Source: an uncultured Phycisphaera sp.
Lineage (GTDB): Bacteria; Planctomycetota; Phycisphaerae; UBA1845
Assembly: GCA_964646605.1 (NCBI GenBank)
Contig: CAZYEX010000053.1
Span: 14,929 to 78,928, forward strand
DNA: 64,000 bases
Reading direction: 5' to 3'
Shown here: piece by piece, positions 34,721 to 44,389 of the stretch
Numbering within the stretch: position 1 is the first letter of the stretch
Layout: every line of letters begins with the position of its first letter
Position numbers and translations under genes: made by a program
Notes under the pieces: model-generated
Database searches by the model: none
What the model saw: only the letters and a program-made list of their open reading frames with translations
What the model was told of the DNA's origin: nothing

Positions 34721-35449
34721 TCAGGGGTCGAAGCGTAGGTAGTGGGCGGTTGCGGGGGGGAAATTGAGGAAGACGCTCTTGCGGGCGAAACGGTGGTCGC
34801 GGAGGTTTTGGGTGAGGAAGGCGTTGACGGCGCGGAGGCGCTCGCGTCGGCGGCCTAGGGCGAGGGCCCGCGAGGTTCGCCGCATCCCGAGGTACTCGAA
34901 GTAGCTGAAGACTCCGCCGGGCTTGAGGCATCGGCGGATGACGGCGAAAACGTCCTCCACGTCGCGGAGCTCGAACACCGTGAGCGGCAGCCCGGAGATG
35001 ATGAAATCGTATTTTTTCTCCGCGGGCAGCATTTGCACGGGCATGCGCAGCAATTGCACGCGTCCGCCGGCCATCAAGGGCGCGAACTCCGGGCGGGTCA
35101 GGACGTCGTGCTCGAGGATGTCGGCGAAGGAGTTTTCGATCTCGCAGATGTCGAACTCATCCTCGGGAGTCAGGACGGTGCCTAGGTAGCGAGTGATCGC
35201 CCCGGTCCCCGCCCCGACCTCGAGGATCGAAACGGGCCTGGGCGCTTTGCGGAGCGGTTCGGCGAGGGCCGCGGCGAGAGATCGCGAACTGGGACCGATG
35301 GCCCCGACGACGTTGGGGTTGCGAACGAAGCCGTGAAGAAAACGCCAGCGGTGCTGGAGCGCGGCGCGGAGCGGCCCGCGTGCCGATCCGTTCGTCCTGC
35401 ACGCGCCGTTGCCGTTTCCGTTAGCGGACGAAGTCAAGGTTGTTTGCAT
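34721..35449 (-). CDS. SAM-dependent lipid N-methyltransferase (PmtA/OlsG-like)
   Basis: VGAIGPSSRSLA, ILEVGAGTGAIT, YDFIISGLPL, LKPGGVFSYFEY. Confidence 0.85.
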   Translation of the reverse strand: MQTTLTSSANGNGNGACRTNGSARGPLRAALQHRWRFLHGFVRNPNVVGAIGPSSRSLAAALAEPLRKAPRPVSILEVGAGTGAITRYLGTVLTPEDEFDICEIENSFADILEHDVLTRPEFAPLMAGGRVQLLRMPVQMLPAEKKYDFIISGLPLTVFELRDVEDVFAVIRRCLKPGGVFSYFEYLGMRRTSRALALGRRRERLRAVNAFLTQNLRDHRFARKSVFLNFPPATAHYLRFDP

Positions 35450-35622
35450 CCTTAGAAACGATACCCATCCCCCGCCGCCGCGCCGCAGCCGGGGTCCGAC
35501 CGCGTTTATAGTACCAACCGGGCATCCGCGCGACTACCCCAAGTTCCTGTGGTTACAACAAAACACCGTCCCGCCGGCCCGCGAGACGATGGGGGATTTT
35601 TCTGGATTTTCCTCCTGGAGGC

Positions 35623-35631
35623 TGATAAACT
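35623..35631 (+). promoter_or_regulatory. Candidate extended -10 promoter
   Basis: TG-A-TAAACT upstream of the structured region. Confidence 0.35.
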
Positions 35632-35843
35632 GGAGGGTGCGGGGAATGGTGCGGAGGTTCAAGGGCCGGCAAAATCGGGCCGAAACCGGACACCGGACCA
35701 GCCTCGCTGCGTTCCGGCCGTGCAAACGGACGGTTCGCGCGGGCTCGCGGGTGGCGACCTGCGGGCAAGGACAGTCCGACGCTCCACGGAGGTTCCAACC
35801 CTCCCGCGCGTCGGGGGTCCCGTGCGTGAAAGGAGGTGGTTCG

Positions 35844-35873
35844 TTGGAATCAAAGATAGGTACGCTGCCGTAG
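35844..35873 (+). CDS. Putative 9-aa micropeptide MESKIGTLP
   Basis: TTG start 7 nt after AGGAGG, within GAAAGGAGGTG (11-nt anti-SD complement). Confidence 0.35.
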   Translation: MESKIGTLP

Positions 35874-35914
35874 GGCGGCAGACGCTGTTGCCCTAAAGGC
35901 AGCGTCCACAAGAA

Positions 35915-35953
35915 GGCCCGTTCCGGTTGCGACTGGAGCGGGCCGATTTTTTT
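35915..35953 (+). terminator. Rho-independent terminator
   Basis: GGCCCGTTCCGG-TTGCGA-CTGGAGCGGGCC followed by GA-T7. Confidence 0.75.
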
Positions 35954-35969
35954 GGTGCGAGGCGAGGAG

Positions 35970-36929
35970 TTAGCGCCGAACCCGCCGCGCGATTTCTTCG
36001 ACCCAATCCGGCGGCGCCATCATCGCGGCATCGGGCAATCGGGCGAGTTGGACGGACGGTCCCAGCGGACCCCATACCTGGGGATCGGTGGGTCCAAAGA
36101 GTGCCAATGTGTTGACCCCTGCGAGGGCGGCTAGGTGGGTCATCCCCGCGTCGCAGCCGATGAAGGCGTCGGCGCCGGCGACGAGGTCGGCGGCAGCCTC
36201 GACCGATGCTTCGTAGAGCACGGGGGCTACCGTTTCCCATCGGTGCGCGTAGTCCGGTCCGAAGCGCTCGACTTCGTCCGGGCCGATCATCCACGCCGAC
36301 GACCATCCGTCGCCGGTCAGCCTGTCCATCAACCTGAGCGCCGCGTCGAACGGACAACACTTCGCCAATCCGCCGCTGCCGGGGTGAACGAGGACGATGG
36401 AGCGATCCCCGCTGCGCAGGCGCTCCGCGAGGCGTGGGCGGAGCAACGAGCGATCCGATGATGACAGCGTGGAGGCACCGAGGATCGACGGATCCAATTC
36501 CAACCCCTGCGCTCGCAATTGTTCGAGCCATTGTCGGGTGATGTGTGTGCTCGTGGTGCAGCGCGGATCGACAGTCCAGACCTTTCCCCGACCCACGGCG
36601 GAGAGCTTGACGTTCGCAGGCGCGTCGGGACCGCCAAGAAAACTGAGGATTCCGTCGAACGAGCGGATGAATTCGGCGGTTGCGCTGGGCGCCTCCGCGG
36701 CCGCGGCATACAGGGTATGCGCGGCTAGGTCATCCAGCGAACGGGCCGAATCGATGATTCCATGGCGCGATGCCCAGCGGGCAATCGGCGACCTCGTCGC
36801 CATGGCCACGTGCCCCACACCCTCCTGGCGGCGCAGAGCCGTGGCGACGTGAATCGCAAAGACACAGTCTCCCAAGGCCCCATCGTGCAGAACGAGGATT
36901 CGCTGGAGGTGAACGGCGGTCCCGGTCAT
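35970..36929 (-). CDS. Glycosyltransferase family 9 (heptosyltransferase-like)
   Basis: LHDGALGDCV, VHPGSGGLAKC, FIGCDAGMTHLAA...ALFGPTDP..WGP. Confidence 0.9.
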   Translation of the reverse strand: MTGTAVHLQRILVLHDGALGDCVFAIHVATALRRQEGVGHVAMATRSPIARWASRHGIIDSARSLDDLAAHTLYAAAAEAPSATAEFIRSFDGILSFLGGPDAPANVKLSAVGRGKVWTVDPRCTTSTHITRQWLEQLRAQGLELDPSILGASTLSSSDRSLLRPRLAERLRSGDRSIVLVHPGSGGLAKCCPFDAALRLMDRLTGDGWSSAWMIGPDEVERFGPDYAHRWETVAPVLYEASVEAAADLVAGADAFIGCDAGMTHLAALAGVNTLALFGPTDPQVWGPLGPSVQLARLPDAAMMAPPDWVEEIARRVRR

Positions 36930-36935
36930 GGGGAC

Positions 36936-38066
36936 TTACGTAACATCATGTTGGCACACGGTTTCGGGGAGGTGCGCTTCCGCGTGTTCGATCCAGGCCC
37001 CGCCGAGGACCGTATCGCCGTCATAAAAGACGACGGCCTGACCCGGGGTAATGGCCCGCTGCGGTTCGTCGAACGAAACGCGAAACCGATCCTCGTCGAG
37101 GCGATGCACCTTGGCCGGGGCCGCGGAGTGGAGGTACCGAATCTTCACCTGCGCCGCGAACTCATCCCCTAGTCCCTGGACCAAGAAGTTGGCTCGCTTG
37201 GCAATCAACGCGGGGCACAACAAATCCGCGTCGTCGCCTAGAGTCACGCGATTCTGCACGACATCGAGCGAAGTAACGTACACCGGTTTGCCCGCGGCGA
37301 TGCCCAGCCCGCGGCGCTGCCCGACGGTGTAGTGTCCGATCCCCTGGTGCCGACCCATGACACGACCCGATGAATCGACCACCTCGCCCTCGTGGAATCC
37401 ATCCGGGCGGCGCTCGCGCACCACCCGTGCGTAATTGCGGTCGGGCACGAAGCAGATTTCCACCGAATCGGGCTTGTCATGATTGGGAAAGCCCATGTTC
37501 GCGGCGATGGCTCGGACCTCGGTCTTGGTCAGTCCGCCGATGGGGAAAAGAATGCGGCCTAGGCGCTGCCGCCGCAGCCCGAAGAGCACGTAGGACTGGT
37601 CCTTACGCGAATCGACGGCCCGCAGGAGCACGGGTTCGCCGTTGCGAAGTCCGGTCCGCGCGTAGTGCCCGGTAGCGACGAAACTGGCTCCGACCGCGTC
37701 GGCGTAATCGAACAACTTGCCGAATTTCAGGCGGTCGTTGCACACCACGCAGGGGTTGGGGGTGCGCCCGCGGGCGTATTCGTCGGCGAAATAGTCGATG
37801 ATGCCGTCGAATTCTTCCTGAAAGTTCAGAGCGTAGAGCGGAACGCCCAACATGCCCGCGACGAAGCGTGCGTCGGCGGCGTCCACGGCGCTGCAGCAAC
37901 CTTGATGACGGTGACCCGCGGCGGGTTGCACCGGCGCATCCGAGGCGCCCACGCGCATGAACAGGCCGATGACTTCGTAGCCTTGCTCGATGAGCAGATG
38001 GGCGGCGACGCTGGAATCCACGCCGCCGCTCATGGCCACCACGACTTTTTCCCGTGCCGCCGACAT
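36936..38066 (-). CDS. mnmA: tRNA-specific 2-thiouridylase MnmA
   Basis: VVVAMSGGVDSSVAA, GRTPNPCVVCN, ATGHYA, KDQSYVL, DSVEICF, YTVGQRRGLG, AITPGQAVVFY. Confidence 0.97.
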   Translation of the reverse strand: MSAAREKVVVAMSGGVDSSVAAHLLIEQGYEVIGLFMRVGASDAPVQPAAGHRHQGCCSAVDAADARFVAGMLGVPLYALNFQEEFDGIIDYFADEYARGRTPNPCVVCNDRLKFGKLFDYADAVGASFVATGHYARTGLRNGEPVLLRAVDSRKDQSYVLFGLRRQRLGRILFPIGGLTKTEVRAIAANMGFPNHDKPDSVEICFVPDRNYARVVRERRPDGFHEGEVVDSSGRVMGRHQGIGHYTVGQRRGLGIAAGKPVYVTSLDVVQNRVTLGDDADLLCPALIAKRANFLVQGLGDEFAAQVKIRYLHSAAPAKVHRLDEDRFRVSFDEPQRAITPGQAVVFYDGDTVLGGAWIEHAEAHLPETVCQHDVT

Positions 38067-38206
38067 GCGGGGCATCCTACCGAGGACCCGCGGATCGTCC
38101 AACGGGCTCGCCGCTGCCGGCGGTGGGCTCCACACGCTTCTTGGCGCGGGCGGCACTACCACGGGACATTCCCGGTTGGTAAACTGAGCGGGGAGGTGAA
38201 CGTCCG

Positions 38207-38542
38207 ATGGACTACTATTACATCTGGTGTAATCTCAACGGGCGGGCGACGGACCTGGAGTTCGCGTCGGCGCTGGGTGCGTACATGGGGGCCCTTAAGC
38301 GTCAGGGGGCGATCGAGGGCTACCGCCTGGCCCGTCGCAAGTTGGGTTTCGGGCCGCCGGAGCTAGGCGAATTCAACATCATCATCGAGACCAAGAACCT
38401 CGAACAGCTTGACCGTGCTTTCAACCTCGCGGCGCGCCGAGAGGGAGAAATCGAGGCGTTACACTCCAAAGTTTATTCGGCGGTTGGGGACTTCCGCGCC
38501 GGACTGTTCCGCGATTTTCCCGACCCCGTTCGACGAACCTAG
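38207..38542 (+). CDS. Small hypothetical protein (DUF6614-like)
   Basis: MDYYYIWCNL...YRLARRKLGFGPPELGEFNIIIE...YRD-like end FRDFP. Confidence 0.7.
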   Translation: MDYYYIWCNLNGRATDLEFASALGAYMGALKRQGAIEGYRLARRKLGFGPPELGEFNIIIETKNLEQLDRAFNLAARREGEIEALHSKVYSAVGDFRAGLFRDFPDPVRRT

Positions 38543-38622
38543 GCGACGATGGTACGTAGAAGCATCTTGCAGGCGTGCCTGCGAGCGACCGATTCCCAAC
38601 CTAAGGAAAGGGAGAAACACAG

Positions 38623-39162
38623 ATGAGCACCGCGACAGTGACCGTCGAAAGAGGAACCACAGCCGACTATCAGCAAAAGCTCATGGGCCTTTTGGGAGAC
38701 CGCGATCCGTTGAAGGTCATGGTCCAGACGCCGAATGAACTCGCCCGGATCGTCAAGGAAAACACCGCCGAAGTTCTTCGCACGCGCCCGTTCCCGGGCA
38801 AGTGGACGCCGAACGAAGTGATCGGTCACCTTACGGACAGCGAATGGGTCTACGGTTATCGCGTCCGTCTCATTCTGTGCGAGAATCAGCCCACGATCCT
38901 GGGCATGGATCAGGACCTATGGGTCGCGGGTCAGCGGCATAACGACCGCGACCCCGGCGAGCTGGTCGAAATGTTCCGCCAGTTGCGGCAATGCAATCTG
39001 CACGTGTGGAAGCACCTGAGCCCGGCGGACCACGCCCGGACCGGACAGCACAACGAACGCGGCGCGGAGTCCTTGGGGACCATGTTGAGGATGGAAGCGG
39101 GTCACGATCTGTCGCACCTGGATCAGATCACGCGCTACCTCGCGGCGATCCGCGCCCACTGA
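38623..39162 (+). CDS. DinB family protein
   Basis: RPFPGKWTPNEVIGHLTDSE, GHDLSHLDQI; good RBS. Confidence 0.88.
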   Translation: MSTATVTVERGTTADYQQKLMGLLGDRDPLKVMVQTPNELARIVKENTAEVLRTRPFPGKWTPNEVIGHLTDSEWVYGYRVRLILCENQPTILGMDQDLWVAGQRHNDRDPGELVEMFRQLRQCNLHVWKHLSPADHARTGQHNERGAESLGTMLRMEAGHDLSHLDQITRYLAAIRAH

Positions 39163-39265
39163 CAAGATTACACGTCTGCCCCAGGCGGCGGATCGACCCT
39201 AGACGATGCACGGAGCCAGCCTGCCGCGTCCGATAGCCCACGATGAGGCGCGGTACACGGGCGCG

Positions 39266-39294
39266 CTGACGGGGAGGGAGAAATCCGCCATAAT
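39266..39294 (+). promoter_or_regulatory. Candidate sigma70 promoter of the BatA/VWA operon
   Basis: CTGACG-N17-CATAAT, 23 nt before ATG39318. Confidence 0.45.
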
Positions 39295-39317
39295 CACCCC
39301 CGGTTCGTACAAGGGGG

Positions 39318-41612
39318 ATGATGGTGGCGGGGGTTCTCGATCCAATGATGGCCGCGTTTGTAACCTCGGGTCTCGCGTGGGCGGGTGCCGGGGCCGTCTC
39401 CATCCCCATCCTCATTCATCTATTGGCCCGCCGACGCTTCCGGCGAATCCGCTGGGCGGCGATGGACTTCCTCGTCGACGCCGAACGCCGCAACCGCCGC
39501 CGGGTTCGCATGGAAGAATGGATTCTGCTCGCCCTGCGCTGCCTGGCGATGCTCCTGGCGGGTTGGCTCGTGGCACGACCGTTCGTCACGCCGTCGGGGA
39601 TCGCCTCGGCCCTGGGCGGAGCGCGGCGGATCGAACGGGTGTTCGTTCTGGACGACTCCTTCAGCATGGCCTACGAAACGCCCCAGGGGCAACTCTTCGA
39701 CCGGGCCAAGAGCGGCATCCGCCGAATGATCGAGTGGATTCGCCGCGAGACGCCGGACGACACGGTGACCCTGGTGCGGATGAGCGCCCCGTCCAAGCCG
39801 GTGGCCGCCGGGGCGTCGCTGGATGACTCGGGGGTCGAGGAATTGCTGGCCCGGTTGGAGGGTCAGAGCGTCTCGCACCGCCCCATCGACCCGCCGATGG
39901 TGTTCGAGGGAATTGCCGAAGCCTTGCAACGCGACGGGGGCATCGTCAACGCCGCCGTTTATCTGTTCAGCGATTTTCAACGAAAAGACTGGGGCATCCG
40001 AACGTCGGACGCCGGCGATGCGAAGGCGAGCGAATCCGTGGCCGCCCCGCTGGCCGCCTGGTCCGCCGGTGACCGGGCCTTGCGACTTGTTTTCGTCAAT
40101 ATCGGTGAACCGAACGCCGCCAACGCCGCGGTCACCGCGGTCTCGATTGCCGGTGGACAGTTGGTGGCCGGCGCGGAGGGAAACGTCCGAGCCGCCGTGG
40201 CGAACTATTCGGACCGCGCCCTCGGGAATCTCGAACTGAAAATCAGCGTAGACAACCGTGCCCAGGACTCCAAGACCATTCCCACGCTCGGCGAACGGCA
40301 ATCGGCGACCTGCGATCTGGAAGCCGAGTTCCCCCGCCCGGGCGACGAATCGGTCCGCATCGACATCGCCCGCGACGCCCTCACCGTGGACGACTCCCGA
40401 TTCACGGTCGCCGAAGTGGTCAGCGCCGTCCGCCTGCTGTTGGTCAACGGCGAACCGTCGGCTGACGGGTATGACGACGAGGTGGCACTTCTGGAGACGG
40501 CCCTTCGCCCCGAGGGCGAGGTCTTCAGCGGTTACGAGGTCGTGGTGGTCGATGAGGCGGGTTTGGAGGACGTGAGCCTGCCGAGCTTCCACGTCGTGGT
40601 GCTGGCCAACGTGTATCGAGTCGCGGAACCGACGGTCGAAAGGCTGGAACGGTTCATTCGCCAAGGCGGCGGACTGGTCGTGTTCCTGGGCGATCAGGTG
40701 GACGCGGAATCGTACAACTCTGCCCTTTATCGCGGCGGCGAGGGGGTGCTTCCTGCGGAAATCGGACCGGTGGTGCGTGCCCCGGATGCGGCCCATCTGA
40801 CCGTGGTCGAGCGACTGCATCCCGCGCTTCGCGCCGTGGGACGCGAGGACGATCCGCTGGGGCTGGGGCAGGTTCGTTTTGCGGAGTTCATGGCTTGCAA
40901 GCCGATCGGGGCGGAGAAGACCGAGGGCGAGCCGACGGACAGCGGACCAGCTCCCACTCGCACGGCCAAGGTCGTCGTCCGGTTCGACGATCCTGAGGCT
41001 CATCCTGCGGTCATCGAGGGGGACTTCGGGTTGGGACGCGTGGTGGTCTTCACCTCCTCGGCGGACAAGGAATGGAACGATTGGCCGGACCATCCGACGT
41101 ACCTGCCCGTCGTCGCGGAACTCGTGCGGCACGTTTCACGGCGGAGCGACACCGGCGTGGAGCAATTGGTCGGCGCGGTGATCGACGTGCCCGTGGACCC
41201 CGGCGTGTTCGCGGAAGAGGCCGTGGTACGTACGCCCGCCTACCCGTCCGAACCCGAGGTCACGGTCACGGCCACGACGTCGCCGGACGGACGCGGGCTT
41301 GTGGCTCGCTGGGAACACACCGAAACGCCGGGCGTGTATCAATTCGCCTTGCCCCGCCGCGAAGGCGGAGAGACCGTCCACCTGGTCGCGGTGAACGTCG
41401 ATTCCCGCGAAAGCGACCTCGCTATGGCGGGCGAAACGGAACTTCGGCGGGCGATGGGCGGGGTGGCGTTCGAGTACATACAGGGTTCGGATCGGCTGGA
41501 GGAGGCCGCGGGCGAGACGCGCATCGAACTCTGGCGGATCGTGCTCCTCGCCGCCGCGACGGTCCTGCTCACCGAGCAGTTCCTCGCCTGGCGCTGGGGG
41601 AGGAGACGATAG
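39318..41612 (+). CDS. BatA N-terminal domain + VWA + Ig-like + GATase1-like membrane protein
   Basis: PILIHLLARRRFRRIRWAAMDFL...LLALRCLA; VLDDSFSM; FSDFQ; GGGLVVFLGD; C-terminal TM. Confidence 0.88.
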   Translation: MMVAGVLDPMMAAFVTSGLAWAGAGAVSIPILIHLLARRRFRRIRWAAMDFLVDAERRNRRRVRMEEWILLALRCLAMLLAGWLVARPFVTPSGIASALGGARRIERVFVLDDSFSMAYETPQGQLFDRAKSGIRRMIEWIRRETPDDTVTLVRMSAPSKPVAAGASLDDSGVEELLARLEGQSVSHRPIDPPMVFEGIAEALQRDGGIVNAAVYLFSDFQRKDWGIRTSDAGDAKASESVAAPLAAWSAGDRALRLVFVNIGEPNAANAAVTAVSIAGGQLVAGAEGNVRAAVANYSDRALGNLELKISVDNRAQDSKTIPTLGERQSATCDLEAEFPRPGDESVRIDIARDALTVDDSRFTVAEVVSAVRLLLVNGEPSADGYDDEVALLETALRPEGEVFSGYEVVVVDEAGLEDVSLPSFHVVVLANVYRVAEPTVERLERFIRQGGGLVVFLGDQVDAESYNSALYRGGEGVLPAEIGPVVRAPDAAHLTVVERLHPALRAVGREDDPLGLGQVRFAEFMACKPIGAEKTEGEPTDSGPAPTRTAKVVVRFDDPEAHPAVIEGDFGLGRVVVFTSSADKEWNDWPDHPTYLPVVAELVRHVSRRSDTGVEQLVGAVIDVPVDPGVFAEEAVVRTPAYPSEPEVTVTATTSPDGRGLVARWEHTETPGVYQFALPRREGGETVHLVAVNVDSRESDLAMAGETELRRAMGGVAFEYIQGSDRLEEAAGETRIELWRIVLLAAATVLLTEQFLAWRWGRRR

Positions 41613-41648
41613 CAGCCCGTTGGAACGCGCACGGACGGAAGCGTGGCA

Positions 41649-41713
41649 TGTAGCGCCACCCCTTGTGGGTGGCGAGAACGAAGCCCGCGCCACCCACAAG
41701 GGGCGGCGCTACA
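41649..41713. repeat. REPIN-like inverted pair of GTAG REPs (family A)
   Basis: 26-bp arms 41649-41674 and 41688-41713 with one mismatch. Confidence 0.85.
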
Positions 41714-41726
41714 GTAACAGACGAAC

Positions 41727-44210
41727 ATGATTCGATTCCCCTATTGGTTGACGACCTGCATCGCCGCGGCGGACTCGCGCGAGACCGAGAGCGTGGTCAC
41801 CGAGTTTCGCAACGTGCCCGAAGGGTGGCTGGGGTTGGGCGGAATGGCCCTGCTGGCGGCGCTGCTCTGGGGCGTGGTGTGGATGTATCGGCGCGAGGGG
41901 CGGATCGGGGCGTCGCCGCGGGTGCGGATGTTCCTGGCCGGCGTTCGATGCACGATCTTCGTGATCCTGGCCGCGATCCTCTTGGAACCCGTCAGTGTGC
42001 GAATTCTCCGCCGTTGGGTGGACTCGTACACCATCGTGCTGGTGGACGACTCCTCGAGCATGGACCTCGCCGATCGCTACCGCGACGAGGGGGCTGGTCG
42101 GCGCGTGCGGACGGTCATCGGCAACGACACACTTCCCATGCCGCGACGGCGAATCGTGGAGAAACTCTTCGCCGCCGCCGACCGCAAACTGCTCCGCGAT
42201 CTGACCCAAAACAACCGCGTGAAGCTCTACACCTTCGCGGACGACGCTCGACTCGTCGCCACGCTTCGCGCGGCGCATGAAACGCCGTCGCCGCAGACCG
42301 CGCCCGCGGCCGGCGCAGCCGCTCTGTCGGATCCCGCGGAGTCGCCGCTCGAATTCCCCGCCACGGGAGCACGAACCAACCTCGAGCGCGCGGTTCGGCG
42401 CTCGGTGGAATCGCTGGGCAGCGCCCCGATCGCCGCCGTAATCGCCTTCACCGACGGCGGGATCAACGACGGGGCGAGCGCTGAGCAGATCGCCCGCTAC
42501 GCCCGCGAACGCCGCCTACCCATCCACGTAGTCGGCTTGGGCGATCCCGCTCCGCCCCGTAACGTCCGCGTGACCGAGGTCCTCGCCCCGGAGAACGTCT
42601 TTCAAGCCGATCCCTTCGCCGTGACCGCGACGGTGGGCACGGAAGGGTTGGAAGGGGAGACGGTCCGCGTCCAGCTCCGCGAACGGCACGCCGACGACTC
42701 CGCGGAAGCGCGGATCGTGGACAGCCGGGACGTCTTCGTGGGCTTCAGCGGGGCCGGCGCCACCCTCACCTTCCAGCGCCGACAGGAGCGTGTGGGACGA
42801 TACCTCTACACCGTCGAGGCCGCCGCGGTCGCCGACGAATCAGTGGTGGAGGACAATGCCCGCCAGGCGACGGTGAACATCATCGACGCGCGGACCAAAG
42901 TTCTCCTGATCGCCGGCGGACCGAGTTGGGACTACCGCTACGTGACCACTTTGTTGCAGCGCGACGATACCATCGAGGTCAGTTGCTGGTTGCAGTCGGC
43001 CGACGTCAGCGCCGTCCGCGACGGCGACGCGGTCATCGATCACCTGCCCGCCACGGCCGAGGAACTGTTCGAGTACGACGTGATCCTTCTCATGGACCCG
43101 GACAAGGAGGAGCTCGACGAGGATTGGTGTCGCCTTGTTGACACTTTGGTAAGCGAGCACGGGGGCGGGTTGCTCCTCGCCGCGGCCCGCCCGCATACGC
43201 CGGAGTTCCTGCGGGAACGGGCGCTGAAACCCATTCACGATCTGCTGCCCGTCTCGCTCGACCCGGAGGCCGATCTGCTGCTCAACCAGATCGGTCACTA
43301 CCAGACGTCCGCGTCGCCGCTGGACATTCCGGTCTCGGCCTACGCCCACCCCATCCTGCGTTTGTCGGATGACGCCGTAGCCACCAAGCTCGCCTGGCAA
43401 GGCATCGGTGACGTCTACTGGCACCTCCCGGTTCTGCGGGAAAAGCCCGTGGCCACCGTCCTTTTCCGGCATGGAAATGCACGGATGCGAAACGCCTTCG
43501 GCGGGCACGTGCTGGCTGCGGTGCAGTTCGTCGGCGCGGGTCGAACGGGTTTTCTGGGCTTCGACGGCACCTGGCGATGGCGGCGTTTCGGCGAGCAAGT
43601 GTACGACCGTTTCTGGGTGCAAATGGTGCGATATCTTTCCCAGGGAAAGCTGCTGGGCGGCAGCAAACGGGCGACGCTGATCGTGGAAAACGAGCATCCG
43701 GCGCTGGGCGAAGCCGTCAACGTCAGCGCCCGCTTGCTGGACGCTCGATACGAGCCGATGGTGCGAACGGAAGTCGTGGCCCAGTACCGGGTGGACGACC
43801 AGAGAGTGGACTTCGTGCTGACCCCCAAGAGCGATCGACCGGGTTGGTATGACGGGCGGTTCGTTCCCGATCGCGTCGGCGCGTATCGCGTGCGGGTCAG
43901 CGCTCCGGGCGGTTCGGGCGGCGCGATCGAGGCCGAGCGCGAGGTCCTGGTGAGCCGGCCGAACCTCGAACTCGCCCGCCCGCAGATGAACAAGGCGGAG
44001 TTGACGCTCCTCGCTGAACAATCGAACGGCGGACGATTCTGGGAGGTGGACGAGGCCGCGAACTTGCCCGCCGCGATTCCCGATCTTCACGAGGAAGTCC
44101 CCGTCCGTTCACGTCCGAAAACGCTTTGGGACAACGGGACGACCCTCTCGCTGTTGGTGATCTTACTGGCGATAGAATGGGCGCTGCGGAAATGGAACCG
44201 ATTGCTCTAG
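41727..44210 (+). CDS. VWA domain + GATase1-like membrane protein (Bat-like cluster)
   Basis: N-terminal TMs, LVDDSSSM, FTDG, GGPSWDYRY, GTWRWRR...YDRFW, C-terminal TM EWALRKWNRLL. Confidence 0.85.
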   Translation: MIRFPYWLTTCIAAADSRETESVVTEFRNVPEGWLGLGGMALLAALLWGVVWMYRREGRIGASPRVRMFLAGVRCTIFVILAAILLEPVSVRILRRWVDSYTIVLVDDSSSMDLADRYRDEGAGRRVRTVIGNDTLPMPRRRIVEKLFAAADRKLLRDLTQNNRVKLYTFADDARLVATLRAAHETPSPQTAPAAGAAALSDPAESPLEFPATGARTNLERAVRRSVESLGSAPIAAVIAFTDGGINDGASAEQIARYARERRLPIHVVGLGDPAPPRNVRVTEVLAPENVFQADPFAVTATVGTEGLEGETVRVQLRERHADDSAEARIVDSRDVFVGFSGAGATLTFQRRQERVGRYLYTVEAAAVADESVVEDNARQATVNIIDARTKVLLIAGGPSWDYRYVTTLLQRDDTIEVSCWLQSADVSAVRDGDAVIDHLPATAEELFEYDVILLMDPDKEELDEDWCRLVDTLVSEHGGGLLLAAARPHTPEFLRERALKPIHDLLPVSLDPEADLLLNQIGHYQTSASPLDIPVSAYAHPILRLSDDAVATKLAWQGIGDVYWHLPVLREKPVATVLFRHGNARMRNAFGGHVLAAVQFVGAGRTGFLGFDGTWRWRRFGEQVYDRFWVQMVRYLSQGKLLGGSKRATLIVENEHPALGEAVNVSARLLDARYEPMVRTEVVAQYRVDDQRVDFVLTPKSDRPGWYDGRFVPDRVGAYRVRVSAPGGSGGAIEAEREVLVSRPNLELARPQMNKAELTLLAEQSNGGRFWEVDEAANLPAAIPDLHEEVPVRSRPKTLWDNGTTLSLLVILLAIEWALRKWNRLL

Positions 44211-44254
44211 AACCCAGCGCCGTAACGCCGAGCCTCGATCGCGGGCTGACCGAC

Positions 44255-44286
44255 CGCTTGCGGGCCCTGGTGGCGCGCTTGCGCGG
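44255..44286 (+). repeat. 32-bp direct repeat, copy 1 (remnant of the 5' end of gene 47483)
   Basis: CGCTTGCGGGCCCTGGTGGCGCGCTTGCGCGG; 31/32 identical to 47540-47571. Confidence 0.85.
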
Positions 44287-44389
44287 CGAGCGGGCGTTCG
44301 GCGGCGGTTGCCTAATCCGCGGGCGCGTGGTAGGATCGCGTGTTTGCTGGGTGGGGTTCCAAACCGCCCGGGGTCGCGGAGGGTTGAGC

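Larger units (their letters stand above)
35638..35953 (+). ncRNA. Candidate structured small RNA / leader with micro-ORF
   Basis: Multibranch fold 35736-35810 with a T-loop-like arm, strong SD, 9-codon ORF, alternative hairpins and terminator; no long credible CDS. Confidence 0.4.

Noticed and set aside
35736-35810. tRNA or tmRNA gene
   Set aside because: T-arm-like hairpin and 6-bp closing stem only; no D-arm/anticodon arm geometry, no CCA, no tmRNA 5' end; kept only as a candidate ncRNA
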